Assembly: GCF_036321535.1 (NCBI RefSeq)
Contig: NC_087437.1
Coordinates: 113,276,001 to 113,340,000 of the forward strand
DNA length: 64,000 bases
Direction of reading: 5' to 3'
DNA from: Camelus dromedarius
Taxonomy: Eukaryota
Part shown: positions 1 to 11,737 of the stretch, in pieces
How the letters are laid out: each line of letters opens with the position of its first letter
Numbering within the stretch: the first letter of the stretch is position 1
The notes under the pieces: model-generated
The model's database searches: none
Told to the model about the DNA's origin: nothing
What the model saw: the letters and a program-made list of their open reading frames with translations, nothing else
Position numbers and translations under genes: made by a program

Positions 1-1917
1 AAACAGACTCCTTTTTTTTTTTTGCATAATGGTCTGATGTCAGGACCTTTAATTCTTTGCACTGTAAGTATTCATTATGCACCATTGCCAAACCTGGTGT
101 TTTTAACTCATTATTACTTTGGAGTGCCGGCTGAAAGAATCCCATTTCTTACCTAAAAACCTCGAAAGACAGGGATTTCACCAGAGAAATATTTATTTTG
201 CTTTTCTTTGATAAGCTTTCCTGCCACCGTCTTTATCTGGTGAGATGCCTGGCTAATCAGCCGTGTGGAGCCCGTTTCCGTGAAGTCAGGGCCGTGCCCA
301 GGCCAGGACACGGTCGGGTGAGTGTGAGTCTGCCCTGCTCTGCAGCGCGGGTCGCTGGGCTGAGCGCCGCCGTAGAGCAGACCTCACACAGCACATTCTG
401 CGGGCTCCAGGGTGTGGTCAGCAGGGAACATCTGATGGGTTTGTTTTTTTTTTTTGAAAATCTAACATCCAGGTCTTTCAAATACCATCTCAGAGCAAAA
501 CTATAGAATTCTTCCCCGTCACTGTCATGTCCCACACCTACGGCTTCCTCATCTGCATTATTTTCTGTTCTTCTTCTATACCAGAATCACATCCAGATCT
601 TTTTCTTTCTCCCTGGGACAGTCCTGCCCTCTGCATCTCCCTTCTAACAAAACTGGAACGTTACCTAATGAACTTTTTCCTGTTGCTGTGTTAATGATGG
701 CAACTGTTTAACATATAAGACCTCCCAGAGAATTTGTATTTAATCAGCACGTTCTGGAGATCAAAGTCTCAGCCCCAAAGGAATGCATCACTAAGGGGAA
801 AATTCCAGGCAGCAAGTCAGTTACAAAGGAAAATTCCTTGGACAGGTGGGCTCTTCTGGGACAGGGTGTTGCCTACCTGGAGATGAGACACATATTTTCC
901 GAGTGTCTACATTGAGCAGATTCTTGTGTGGGATGTTCGGAGTTAAGAATAGACTCCCAAGTCTCAAGAAGACCATTCATCTGTTCATCATTCAACCACC
1001 ATTAATTAAGGATCCGCTAAATGCCTTCTTGAACTCCACCACTGGTTCAAGTTACGCATAACATATCCTCATAACACTGGGAACCTCTAGTTCTTAGTAT
1101 TTATCACATTTTAATTGGTTTTCTCCACTGAACTAAGGGCAGACCAAGCCATGGACCCTGGAACACTTAGGACCCTCCATAAATATTTGTTGCATAAAGC
1201 ACGCAGCTAAGTACCTGACTCCTTGCTGCAGATACAGAGAGGAGTAAGGCGTGACTGGTCCTTTAAAAATTCACAGTCAAATCGACCACAAAATACTTAC
1301 TAAGCCATTACTAGGGGCTCAGTGCTCTACTAGGGGTTTCAAAACCCTAAGACACGGTTTCTGCCATTACAGAGGCCAAACGTTGAAGCCTGGGAGAGAA
1401 GACTGCAACTCCAGTGACAAGAAAATAACATTTTTCCTTCACAAGGCCTTGAAAATAGGGTTAGATTTTAAATGGGTGGGAAAAGGATATATCCCTGTAT
1501 TTTCTCATTACTATTTGAATAGAAGGTGTTAGGAAAGTTAACATTTTCTTCTCCCACTATCATGCAGAATCGACCAAGGAGCTGCTTTCATTAAAAGACA
1601 TATACACTTTATTCCTTCTGAATAAATTTCTTTGCCTGCCTGCATTTTGGCATGGCACAGGTTTAGTGCTGACATCTGTTGATCTGGTGTCCTGGATTTC
1701 TTGGGAAATCCTACTTTTGCTACTTTGACTTATTTCTAAAATACAAATGATTCGTGTAATATATGTGGCTACATTTTTAATATTTTAGTAAAAACAATAT
1801 AATGAACAGATTAGACAAAATCTTCTTAGTTCCTACACCCAAATCTGAGCTTGGGGAAAAATGTATCCAGGAGTGTGGGTGGGCTGGGGGGGATGCAGGG
1901 AGCTGCTATAAAGATAA

Positions 1918-2450
1918 TTCTGGCTGATGGAATTTTCTAAAGATAGATGCCACAAATCTCCCACCCAACGTGCCCTTGTGGAATCTAGCCACTCCCGCAT
2001 CCAGACGAAGGGTGTGTATTCCCTGCCCTTGAATGTGGGAGGGCCTTTGTGAGTGTCTCTACCGACACTGTATAGTGGAGATGACACCATGTGACTTCCA
2101 AGGCGAGGTCATAAGGAGCCATGCACTTCTGCCTTGATCTCTTGAAACCCGGTCACCATACTGTCAGGAAGTCCAAGCAGGCCGGGGGGAGGCCACGTGG
2201 AGAGGGGCCGGGGCCCCTGCCCAGAGCCCTGGCCAAGCTCCCAGTGGGCTCAGCCAGCACGATTCACCAGCTATGTGAGTGTGACATCCCAAGAGCGGGC
2301 TCCCAGCCAAGCAAACCCAGCAGATGCCACACGGAGGGGAGAAGAACCATCTCTGCACACACTTAGATCCATGAGCAGAACAAGGACCGTTGCTGTTTTA
2401 AGCCACGGAGTTCTGGGTGGCTTGTGTCCCAGCAACAGTCGCTGCAACGT
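1918..2450 (+). mobile_element. MLT1-type (ERVL-MaLR) solo LTR, probably MLT1G/H group
   Basis: Typical MLT1 motifs: ...ccctgcccttgaatgtggg, gtgacttccaaggcgaggtcataag, and a 3' end gttgctgttttaagccacggagttctggg...cagcaacag. Boundaries approximate. Confidence 0.7.
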
Positions 2451-2580
2451 TTCAGAGGCAGGCCGAAGTGACTAGGCCTTGTTACTGAGGACACTTGGAA
2501 AGCAAGGAAGGACAGACCAAAGTGACTGATCGCTTTCCCACCTGGGAGAAGGGTCCTTAACAGGCGCAGAGGGGGTCAGA

Positions 2581-2608
2581 GGGAGGGGAGGGGAGGGGAG
2601 GGGAGGGG
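2581..2608 (+). repeat. (GGGGA)n purine tract
   Basis: gggaggggaggggaggggaggggagggg read directly. Confidence 0.9.
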
Positions 2609-2689
2609 TTGAGGCAGGATGGTGACTTTGGCTTCTTGCCATTTATATAAAGTGGCCTGCTTTCCTTCTGTCCACAGACGAGGGGTGTG

Positions 2690-2870
2690 CAGCAGAGTGG
2701 GAAAGAGCGTGGACTCTGGAACCAGACCGTCTGGGTTTGAATCCTGGTGGTCCCATTTCCTGGCTATGTGATCTTGGGCAAGGTCCAAGTGCTTAACTCC
2801 TTAACTCCCAAGTGCTTCAGTTTCTTTGTGTGAAAAAGGAGGACAGTAATGACAGAACCTGCTTGTGACG
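2690..2870 (+). mobile_element. MIR SINE
   Basis: aagagcgtggactctggaaccagac..ctgggtttgaatcctgg..gctatgtgatcttgggcaag..cttcagtttc matches the MIR core. Confidence 0.8.
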
Positions 2871-2962
2871 CTAATGACCTCGTGTCTCCAAAGGCCTTGG
2901 CAACAAGCGGTTCTGGGAGAGCTGCCGCTGCTGTGGTCCACATACACGTGGGCCTTGGGTAG

Positions 2963-3380
2963 TGAGGCAGGCAGAGGAACAGCCTCTCAGAGACACCCCT
3001 GTCCTAATCCCGGCAGCCCTGAACACGTGACCTGACATGGCAGAGGGGACTCTGCAGGTGGCACTAAGTTAAGGACCTTGAGATGGGAGATGACCCTGGA
3101 TGGTCTGGGGGCAGGTCTTTATAAGAAGGAGGCAGGAGGATCAGGTTGGACCCAGACACGATGATGGAAGCAGAGACTGTGGTGATGTGAGGCTGTGGAC
3201 CAAGGCAATAGCCTCTAGAACCTGGAAAAAGGCAAGGAAACATTTTTGGTTCTTGGTTTTAGCTCACTGAGACCGATTCTGGCATTCTGATCTCCAGAAC
3301 TCCACAGTAAGAAAACAAATCTGTGCGGTTTCAGGCACTGAAACTGGTAATTTGTTACAGCAGCAACAGGAAACTAATGC
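2963..3380 (+). mobile_element. MLT1D-like solo LTR
   Basis: gtcctaatccc..gtgacctgacatggcagaggggact..ttaaggaccttgagatgggagat..tttgttacagcagcaacaggaaactaatgca. Confidence 0.8.
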
Positions 3381-3524
3381 AGATTTTAACCTTGAGGAAA
3401 GTGGCTTTATAGAACATAGAACAGACAGAAAGAAAAGAAGACAGGTTTTGGAATCAATAAAATATCTTTTTGTTTCCTCTTCTGACTTAGCCTTAGTGGG
3501 ACATTTTCTCTTTAATCTTAGTTT

Positions 3525-3725
3525 GTGGATACTATATATAAAACAGATAAACAACAAGTCTCTACTGTACAGCACAGGGAACTATATTCAGTATCTTGTA
3601 GTAACCTATAATGAAAAAGAATATGAAAAGGAATATATGTATGTGTATGTCTGACTGAAACATTATGCTACACACCAGAAATTGACACAACATTGTAAAC
3701 TGACTGTATTTCAAGAAAACAAAAA
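3525..3725 (+). mobile_element. 5'-truncated L1 3' end (cetartiodactyl/camelid type)
   Basis: ataaacaacaag..ctactgtacagcacagggaactatattcagtatcttgtagtaacctataatgaaaaagaatatgaa..cacaacattgtaaactgact, followed by an A-rich tail. Confidence 0.85.
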
Positions 3726-4032
3726 TGGAGCAAAAAGTAACCTTCGTTTGTGGAGCAGCCCAAGCGCCGGCTCTGACGTGGGCACCGGCTCCAGCCCTCA
3801 CTTGCTGGGGTGTGGGGGGATCCTCTGTCAATAGGTGCTGGCCAGCAAGACCACAGTGGTTACACGTAGCCAAGTCTGTCCTGATTGGTTTGACATCTGT
3901 TCTGATCGGTCGGTGCCCACGAGGTACTAGCTGCTGTGTATTTTGAATATTACCTCTAGACTTAACACTGTGGGTTTCCTCATCTGCAAACTAGGCACAT
4001 CTAAGTCAAAGGTGGTGGCATTAGCCTAGGTA

Positions 4033-4708
4033 AGTGGTTCTTACCACGTGATTTCCAGAGCAGTAGCTATCTCATCACCCGGGAATTTGTTAGAAGTGCA
4101 AATTTCTGCCCCACCTCCTGTCGCAGACAGAATTCTAATACGGTCCACTATCCCACCCCCCGGGGGACACGCTGGGCATAATCTCCAGGACTATGGCCAA
4201 GGTGGATTTTACCCATTATTAGGTTATGTTACACAGTATGGTTTGTGAAGGGGAGCTTAGTTAGCCAGGGTGAGCTCCTGAAAGATACCAGTCTCTTCCC
4301 AAAGTCAGAGATTTGACCTGAGAGAGATTTCTTATTGTTGGCTTGAAGGAGGAAGGGCCAGGTGGCAAGGATGGGGGTGGCCTCTCAGAAGGAGGGTAAC
4401 CCTGTAAAGAAATAGGGATCTGAATGTTTGCAGAAGCAGATTCTTCCCCAGACCTCCAGAAAGGAAGGCAGCCCTGCTGATGACTTAATTCCAGCCTTGT
4501 ATGACCCGGGGCAGAGAAGCCAGCCACAGCGCACCGCGCCCGGACTACTGACGACAGACCTGTCAGCTAATAAGTGGGTGTTGTGTTAGGTCACTCAACT
4601 TGTGTTATTTCCTTATGCAGCTAAGAATATATTTACTGAATCAGAAGCTCTGTGTTTTCACAAGCCCTGCAGGTGACTGGAACGCATGCTCAAGTTTGAG
4701 CACCTCTG
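4033..4708. mobile_element. MER5A-like hAT-Charlie MITE split by an MLT1 LTR (halves ~4033-4118 and ~4633-4708)
   Basis: Left half agtggttctt..catcacccgggaatttgttagaagtgcaaatt; right half tactgaatcagaa..tgtgttttcacaagccctgcaggtga..caagtttgagcacctctg. Confidence 0.7.
4119..4635 (+). mobile_element. MLT1E-like solo LTR nested in MER5A
   Basis: Starts tgtcgcagacagaattcta; internal ttggcttgaaggaggaagggcca..; cagattcttccccagacctccaga..ccagccttgtatgacc; 3' end ttatgcagc. Confidence 0.7.
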
Positions 4709-5252
4709 GTGTACATAAAAGGCCCACCCAGCACAGCCTGGCACGATGAGGTGGCATGAGTGGCAGCTGGGGCTGTTCTAACTTATATTCAAAGATCCTT
4801 CTACTCCTTGGTTGCATCTGAAAAAGTTTTAAAAAGCACAAAAGAAAAATAATCTTCCAGACTTGTCGTTTTCAGGTGTCAGATTAGACTGGCCACTGGA
4901 CGTTTTGCAGACACCAGACAAGGGGGCCATGCAAACTTCCCATTTCTCCTTCAACTTAAGGGTCCAGGGCAGCTGGGGCCAATACCCATTAAAGCAGTGG
5001 CAGAAGGAAAGTTCTAATGGAAGTGGGGCCAGAGAAGGTGGGAGGCTGCAAGCAGGGGCAGGCTGAACTCAGTCCCCAAACTTTAAGAGCCAGATCTGTC
5101 TCCTAGGGTTGTTGTCAGGCTGTAATGGGAGAAGCCACACCCAGGGCTCAGCACAGGGATGTTGAGTCAGAATGAACCAGTCCTGTGTTTGTTTCTCTTT
5201 TCTATCTTCTTCCTCCATTTCATCCACCTGCATCCTCCTCATTTCTTCCAGC

Positions 5253-6790
5253 TTTTTTTTTATTTAAAAAAAAACAAGGTTTATTCTTTTTACCTTTATA
5301 GGAAACTAATAGCTGAGAACAATATCTAATTAATACTATCTATAGTGGGCAATTTTTAGCTAAGAAGTTCTATTTTGGTTCTTAAGAAATGTTAACCATA
5401 AATATATAATAACTGCTTTACTACAAAATTTATAAGTCACATTTTCAGCATTTTGATGAAAATTATTGAAGGTCTTCCTTTATCACCAAAGCCCAAGGAT
5501 ATTTATGCCATGGTATACAGGTAAGTAGATTTGAATTTTTGTGTATCATCACTTACTAAGTTACACAGAAGATTCCAGTTCAAGTTAATAGACAAAACAT
5601 AAGCTAGATTTAAAGTGCTGTATTTAAAAAAAAAACACATACAGTTTGTATTTTGCAGTAATTAAAATGTGAAGACCTGACAGTAAAAAGAATGAAAACA
5701 CATAAAGGATTATCATTCTCTAGTTGTCCTGTTTTGTTCTTTTTACTCTAAGCATGTAATCTCATTCAGAGAATGACAGTTAGCTGGTCAAATTTATGCT
5801 TAGGACATTTATCTAAACTTTACCAGAGAGGTTTCAGAGGCTACACCACCAGTCAGATATTCTAAATTCTTTGACGTTAAATAGGAACATTTCCTCAATA
5901 CTACTTTTAAGTCATCTCATTTTATCTTCCTCCTTAAGAACTGCATAGGCTTGTTTTAAATAGTTTAAACATCTGTAATAAACTAGTTTGCTAAGAGAAG
6001 AGGTACTCTGGTTAATGCTTGAAATGGTGTGGCCAGGGGAAAAGCAAGCCTTATGCAATATGAATGCAATCTTTACCCACACAAATTGAACCTTTTTTTC
6101 CCAACAAAAAAGCTAGTCCAAAAAAAGTTCTCATTCTATAAAGATTTATCATTTCCAAATCACAGTGAAAGGAACTTGAGTAATTTACCAATTTTGTTTT
6201 CTACTATGTGCCTTAAAGACACCTCACCAAAAACCGGTATCTGACACAACAGACTGACATATGCAGAATGTGATACTGTAGTGACAGTATTGAGGTTGAC
6301 TGTTACAGACATATTTAACTCTTTAAGTAGTAAATGGTTACATCCTAATTATTTATATAGAACATTGGTCCAATAACAAAAATAGAGAATAGCAGCTGGA
6401 AATTTGTCATTCAATGTTCAGAGATAAAAGGGTTAACCATTCGTTCCATTATTTTCTGCAGTAAGTCCCTTTTTTCATATCGAAATCAGTCTGATGACAA
6501 TTGAATTCTGGCATTTTTCCAAGCTACTGTTTGAAGAGGATGCTGAAGGCCATCACAATACAGCACACTGCAACGTAAGTGTTCTTCCGTTCGCCAATTC
6601 TGGCGCGCTTCCAAAATATACCCAATAACCCAGTTTTATTTCTGTCCAGGAGGCTGGGTGCCAAGGATCAGATATAAGCACAGGTACATATAAGCAGCAA
6701 GATTACAGTCAACAGACTCTGAAAACTGGAAATGGCAGACATAGTGAGGCCAGCGAAGCCCCAGCCACATCACCCTTCCGGGCCCAGGGC
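5253..6790 (-). pseudogene. TMEM167A: Processed pseudogene of TMEM167A (protein Kish-A); CDS remnant 6524..6742
   Basis: Minus strand 6742->6524 translates [71 protein letters not shown], colinear with the 72-aa Kish-A sequence as I recall it. It is intronless, with TGA at codon 25 (6668-6670) replacing Arg. A GC-rich 5' UTR runs to ~6790. The AT-rich 3' UTR has AATAAA at 5280-5285 and a poly(A) remnant at 5253-5261. gctttttt flanks both sides (5251 and 6791). Confidence 0.95.
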
Positions 6791-6799
6791 GCTTTTTTA

Positions 6800-7050
6800 C
6801 TTTTTTAAAATTAGTGTTAGCATTTACTTATATCTCCATCCACTTATTTTTAATCTATACATGCCTTTATATTTAAAATGGGTTTCTTATATACAATATA
6901 TGGTTGGTCTTATTTCTTATAGACAGTGGTCCACTGTCATAATCTGTCTTTTAATTGGTGCATTTAGACTGTTGACATTCAAAGTGCTTACCAATTTGGT
7001 TGGATTAATATCTAATATATTTGTTATGATTTCTTTTCTCTTTTTTAAAT
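6800..7050 (-). mobile_element. Old L1M fragment (ORF2 5'/endonuclease region) into which the TMEM167A retrocopy inserted
   Basis: ttagtgttagc..ctccatccacttatttttaatctatac..tttatatttaaaatgggtttctta..aatctgtcttttaattggtgcatttagactgttgacattcaaagtg is antisense L1. The ccagcttt at ~5248 appears to be its continuation across the insertion. Confidence 0.7.
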
Positions 7051-7674
7051 CCCTGCCCATTTCTCCCCTCAGCTACGCCATCCTTCCTTCTATCTCTCTG
7101 GTTGGTTCCTGAGTCATCCCCCACCCCCATCTTCACTCCTGGGAGGACTCCTTCACCGTGGGCTGTCCTGAGGGTCCTGGCGGAGGGTGACGTGTGTGGA
7201 TGGCCAATGATGCTTTTACCTGAGCTTAGGGCAGCCCGTTTATCTGAAGGGATGGCTGGAAGCCCCGCCCAGTTCTTTGCAGGATGCTCCACAGATGGGA
7301 CCTGGAGCATGAGGAAGAGGATGCATCTTGGGAAGCAGGCTGGCACGTAAGCCTCAGAAAATACATCACTGCGTCCTCTTCTTTGAGACGTTCCCACCGT
7401 GAGCGTTGGGAAATGGCCTGTCCTTCTCTCTCTATAGCCCTTCTAAGTGCCCTTCCATTGGCTCTCAGGAGAAAACCCGGCATCGTGACCACCAGTGCCT
7501 CCTGCCACCTCTTGGTGCAGGTCCTGCCCTTGACGAAGTCCAGCTCCGGCCACTGACCAGGTCCATCGGTGCTGCTGGGCCCGTCTTCAGGTCTCAGGAC
7601 CTTTACCGGGGCTGATCTCTCTGCCTGGAGCACCCGAATCTGCTCCTGGCTGAGTCCCGCTTGAATAGCCATTT

Positions 7675-7905
7675 AAAACATCACTCCTCAGGGAAGTTGC
7701 CTTGGCCTCCTAGACATGGTTAAGTTCTCTATCGAGCACTCCTTTTCCTTCTTGGCACACATGACAGTTGGTAATTGGTCCCAGGTTTAGGGCTGGAAAA
7801 GGACCTTGCTGTGGCCTGCTGTATTTCCACATCTAGCTCATGTCCCGGAACCAGGAAGATGGCCCAGTGGCTACCTGTGGACTGAATGCCTGAATGAATT
7901 AATGA
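7675..7905 (+). mobile_element. L2 3' end
   Basis: catcactcctcagggaag..ctgctgtatttccacatctagc..tgaatgcctgaatgaattaatg terminal tail. Confidence 0.55.
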
Positions 7906-8044
7906 TCATGCTTTCTGTCAACTCCAAAATATTGATCTAAAAAGAGAAGTTTAGGGAAAAAAAAAGAAAAAGAAAAAGGTACCTGGTACCTTTTAAAACT
8001 CGTAAATGAGTGAGGGAAAATCTGATTTTCGGATTCCTTTCCTT

Positions 8045-8160
8045 AGTCACTCAACAAGTGTTTTCTGAGCATTTTCCCTGTCTGAGGAGCCGCGCTGGTC
8101 TGGGAGACAGCAGGTGAATGAGTCACAGCCTTGCTCTCAGGAAGCACAGCTCTAGGTCAG
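8045..8160 (-). mobile_element. L2 3' end fragment
   Basis: cactcaacaagtgttttctgagcatt..ctgggagacagcaggtgaatgag..ccttgctctcaggaagcacagctctag. Confidence 0.6.
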
Positions 8161-8966
8161 AGTAAAAGGCCGTACATGGGACTGTCCTTTAAGTCTTTGC
8201 ATACAGCAGTACGAGCGAGAAAGGGGTCAGCGAGCGTCCTTGGGCGCCAGGAGGGAAGCTGCATAAGGCTGTGCCATGCAAACCTCAAGATCAAGCCCTG
8301 AAGGCCAAGGACCGATCAGAGAGATGGAGGCATTTGACACGTGACTTTATGTTGACAAAGCTTCTCCAGCCCCCTGTCAGCGGTGTGAGAGCCCCCAGAC
8401 CACCCTTCCTGCGCCCTGTGCCTGCAATCGGGGGCAGGTGGACTGGCTTCTGGTTCAGCAGCCCTGGGGGCTTCTCAGTGGGACATGAACTCAATCAGGA
8501 GGCAAGAGCGAAGCAAAGCCACAAAAGCAGTCCCCCTGCACACCCCAGTCTTGTTCCACCATTACCTCAAGTTTGCTTCTTGCCCCGGTGAGGCGACTTC
8601 AGCATCACACCACGGGCAGTATTACCGGTCAGCACGTGTCACCCACGCTTCCAGAACCCAACCGGAGGTCAGTGTGAACATTGGCTTGACATTTTCCAAC
8701 AAAAGATTGTGCCGCTGACGTGCATGAGCGTGGGTCCCCACAGAAAGCTGATCGGAGCTGTGACTAAGAGGATCATTTTAGAAATGAGGAAGTGGATCTG
8801 GGGCTCGTTGTGGTTTCTGATGAAAACTGCTGCAATGTGGGGCCCAGGGAAAAGGACGCTGGGCAGAGAGATGTGTGTCCTCAGCTTGCTCTGTGGATAA
8901 TGGGGGAGCCGAACTGGACGGGAAGGTCCCTTATGTCCTAAGAGTCTGTGAGCCGACGGCTCCTCT

Positions 8967-9075
8967 CAGAGTTTCTCAACATTTAACACTCATGACGTTT
9001 TGGATGAAAGAAATTTTCCTGCGTGGCCCTGTCCTTTGCCTTCTAGACCGTTTTAGCGGCTCCTCCCCAAATGCC
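8967..9075. mobile_element. MER20-like hAT fragment
   Basis: cagagtttctcaacatttaacact..tgacgttttgg..ccctgtcctttgccttctagaccgttttagcggc. Confidence 0.5.
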
Positions 9076-10753
9076 AGCGGCTCCCTGCACCCCAGCCCCT
9101 CCTTGTCTTCCATGAATTTGAAACACTCCTGGGAGGATCATAACTCTGGGATCTAAAATCAAGCAGGTTTGTTCTCACACCCTAAGAACAGCCCCAGCGT
9201 GCCAAGCACATTCACTTAATTTCTTGTTCAACAGGAAAGAATGACCTCTTTTAATACAGAGATACTTTGAAATGTGTCATTTCAAATGGGTCCAAAAGGA
9301 GATATTGTCTGAGTCTCAACTATCTGCTTGAACACAGAGAAATGTAGAGAGGTTTCAGGCAATCTTGAATAAGATGAAATCCTTCAGACAACATGCTCTT
9401 TGATCATCAGAAGAATGGTGAAAGAAAGAGATTTACAGAAATAAAATGGATAACAACAATTCGGTGACTCAGAAAATGCCTAGAAATCACGAGGCAAAAG
9501 TTCACTTTTTTCCACTAAAAAAAAAAAAAACCCAAACTCTGCCTAATACCAGCCTCCTGCTCCAAATACCTGCCAACCAGTAGGCTGAGAACTTACTAAA
9601 TTTTGCCTCTAAGAGGAAATGACGTAAAAATACTGACTCCGTGTACTTGTCACAGTTCCTTCCTTACCATTAGATTTTGTTTTATTTTAAATATAGGAAC
9701 CATTTTCTTTGTTTCCAACGAAGTAGGCTTTAACTTGAAATCATTTACTGGGATAACTGAGCATTAAACTGTTGGAAAAATCCCAATCATGCTGCTAAGA
9801 TATTGTCAATATGTGTGTAACTACTATTTACTTTAGAAGCTGATGCAAAGGGGGTGCCACACACAGGAACACGGAAGAAAAATCATCGCAGCTTAAAAGT
9901 AAAACTGTTTTTGTCGTTTGAAGAAACACAGCTTTCTTATACACTAAGAAGCAAGTAAGTTGTTATAACTCTCCAGCTGAGAAAGTAGAAGTCAGAGGGC
10001 AAAGGCAACAGCCACTCTACCAGGAACTGAAGAATTGGAGGAAGAGGTTCAAAATAGCAATGGGTTTTTCCCTGAGATGTATATTTTACAAGAAATGTTC
10101 AATTCCATTTTAGATATGGAAAGAGAGTGTGTTTTTCCCACTAAAAGGGGAAACAGGAAAGGTATAAGTAGCTTGCCCCGTTACTATGTCCCATCTGGAA
10201 AATAAAAAAGATGGAGAAAATGACTAGTCATCAGTGCATGACTTACTGAAAATGACTTTCTGGATAACAGGGACGTACCTGTGTGAACAGACATTTCCCA
10301 CAACCTCTATGTGGGGGTCCTTACTTTCTTTCCCGGTGGTGAGGCTTACTTTTGAAAGGCCTATGTAGTTAGCTATATGGTGGATTTTGGTGGTGGTGTT
10401 TTCTTTGGATCCCAAAGGGTCATAGGAAGGCTCCCAGCAGGCTGCAGTCACACAGTCACCAAGGGGCAGTGATGTCAGGGAAGGACTAGGGCCCCCAGCA
10501 CCCGGGCGTCTCAGGAGCCTGAGGGCAGGTGCCGGGACTCTCCCAGCACACCTGGGAGATGGGGGCATTTCCAGTGGAGCCAAGAGAAGGGACTTCATGG
10601 GCAACCAGTTATCCCCACATTTCTCCCTTTATCATGTACCTACGTAATACCTCCTAGGAGATAGAAAATTTGGAAAAAACAGTCCCAGGAGAAAAAGTGA
10701 AAACCTGTCACGAAGAGGCCAGGAGAATGAGATAAATTAAGTACCTGGTCCAC

Positions 10754-11065
10754 TGCTGTGGATTGAATTGTGTCCCTTACCAATTCATATTTGAAGCCCA
10801 GACTCCCAGTGCAATAGTGTTAGCAAGTGTGGCCTTTGGGAGGTGATCAGGTTCAGATGAAGCCATGACGGGGGAGCCCCCACCATGGGAGTAGGGTCCT
10901 CACAAGAAGAGGAAGACAGGCCAGAGCTCGCTCGAGTTCTCACCAGAACCTGTGCCATGATGCCCCTGATCCCAGACTTCCCGGAATCCAGAACTGTGAG
11001 AAACGAATGTCAGTTGTTGAAGCCACCCAGACAAAGGTATTTTGTTATGGCATCTCCAGCTAAGG
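10754..11065 (+). mobile_element. MLT1A-like solo LTR
   Basis: tgctgtggattgaattgtgtccc..aattcatatttgaagccc..gcctttgggaggtgatcagg..agaactgtgagaaacgaatg..ggtattttgttatggca. Confidence 0.8.
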
Positions 11066-11479
11066 CTTGCTATCACTCAGCTTTGGAACCAGGATTGCGA
11101 ACCAAAGTCTACAGATTCTAAGCTCATGTTCTTAAGAACTGTGCCTTACTGCTTTTTGAGAAACACTGAAGTAAGCCATTCAATGTGTTTGAATTCCAGT
11201 ATGCTATTTGCTTTCAAAGCTACACATGAAATTTGGTTTGCCTGGTTAGATATGAGCTGGATGATTAAGAATTCTGAAATTAACATAGCAATAGTCAAAT
11301 CAGTTCTCTTAATAAAACGACAGCTCTCTGATTTCTGCAAAAGCTCTTTGAGGTCCCCTTGAACTGGGAAAGCACAGTTTTCCAAAGGGTAAAAATGATT
11401 ACAAAGGTTTAAGTCAGTATGTGCTCAGGATTTAAAATTTCCACAATATTGAAACGTTTGAAATATGAGCATAGTACCT

Positions 11480-11737
11480 ATTTTAATTGAGGTATAGTTG
11501 CTGTATAATATTATATAAGTTTCAGGTGTACAATATAGTGATTCACCATTTTTAAAGGTTATACTCCAGTTATAGTTATTACAAAATCCTGACTGCATTC
11601 CGCGTGTTGTACACTTCATCCTTGTAGCTTATTTTATACCTGGTAGTTGGTACCCCTTATTCCCCTACCCCTAACCTGCCCCTTCCCCCCTCCCTCTCCC
11701 CACTGGTAGCCACTAGTTTGTTCTCTATATCTGTGAA
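11480..11737 (-). mobile_element. L1 3' UTR fragment (L1MA9/artiodactyl type)
   Basis: ttttaattgaggtatagttg..tataagtttcaggtgtacaatatagtgattca..ccccactggtagccactagtttgttctctatatctgtga. Confidence 0.8.

Noticed and set aside
7005..7672. Overlapping 130-148 aa ORFs
   Set aside because: GC-rich sequence open in several frames on both strands, no recognisable domain, and bordered by L1 and L2 remnants.
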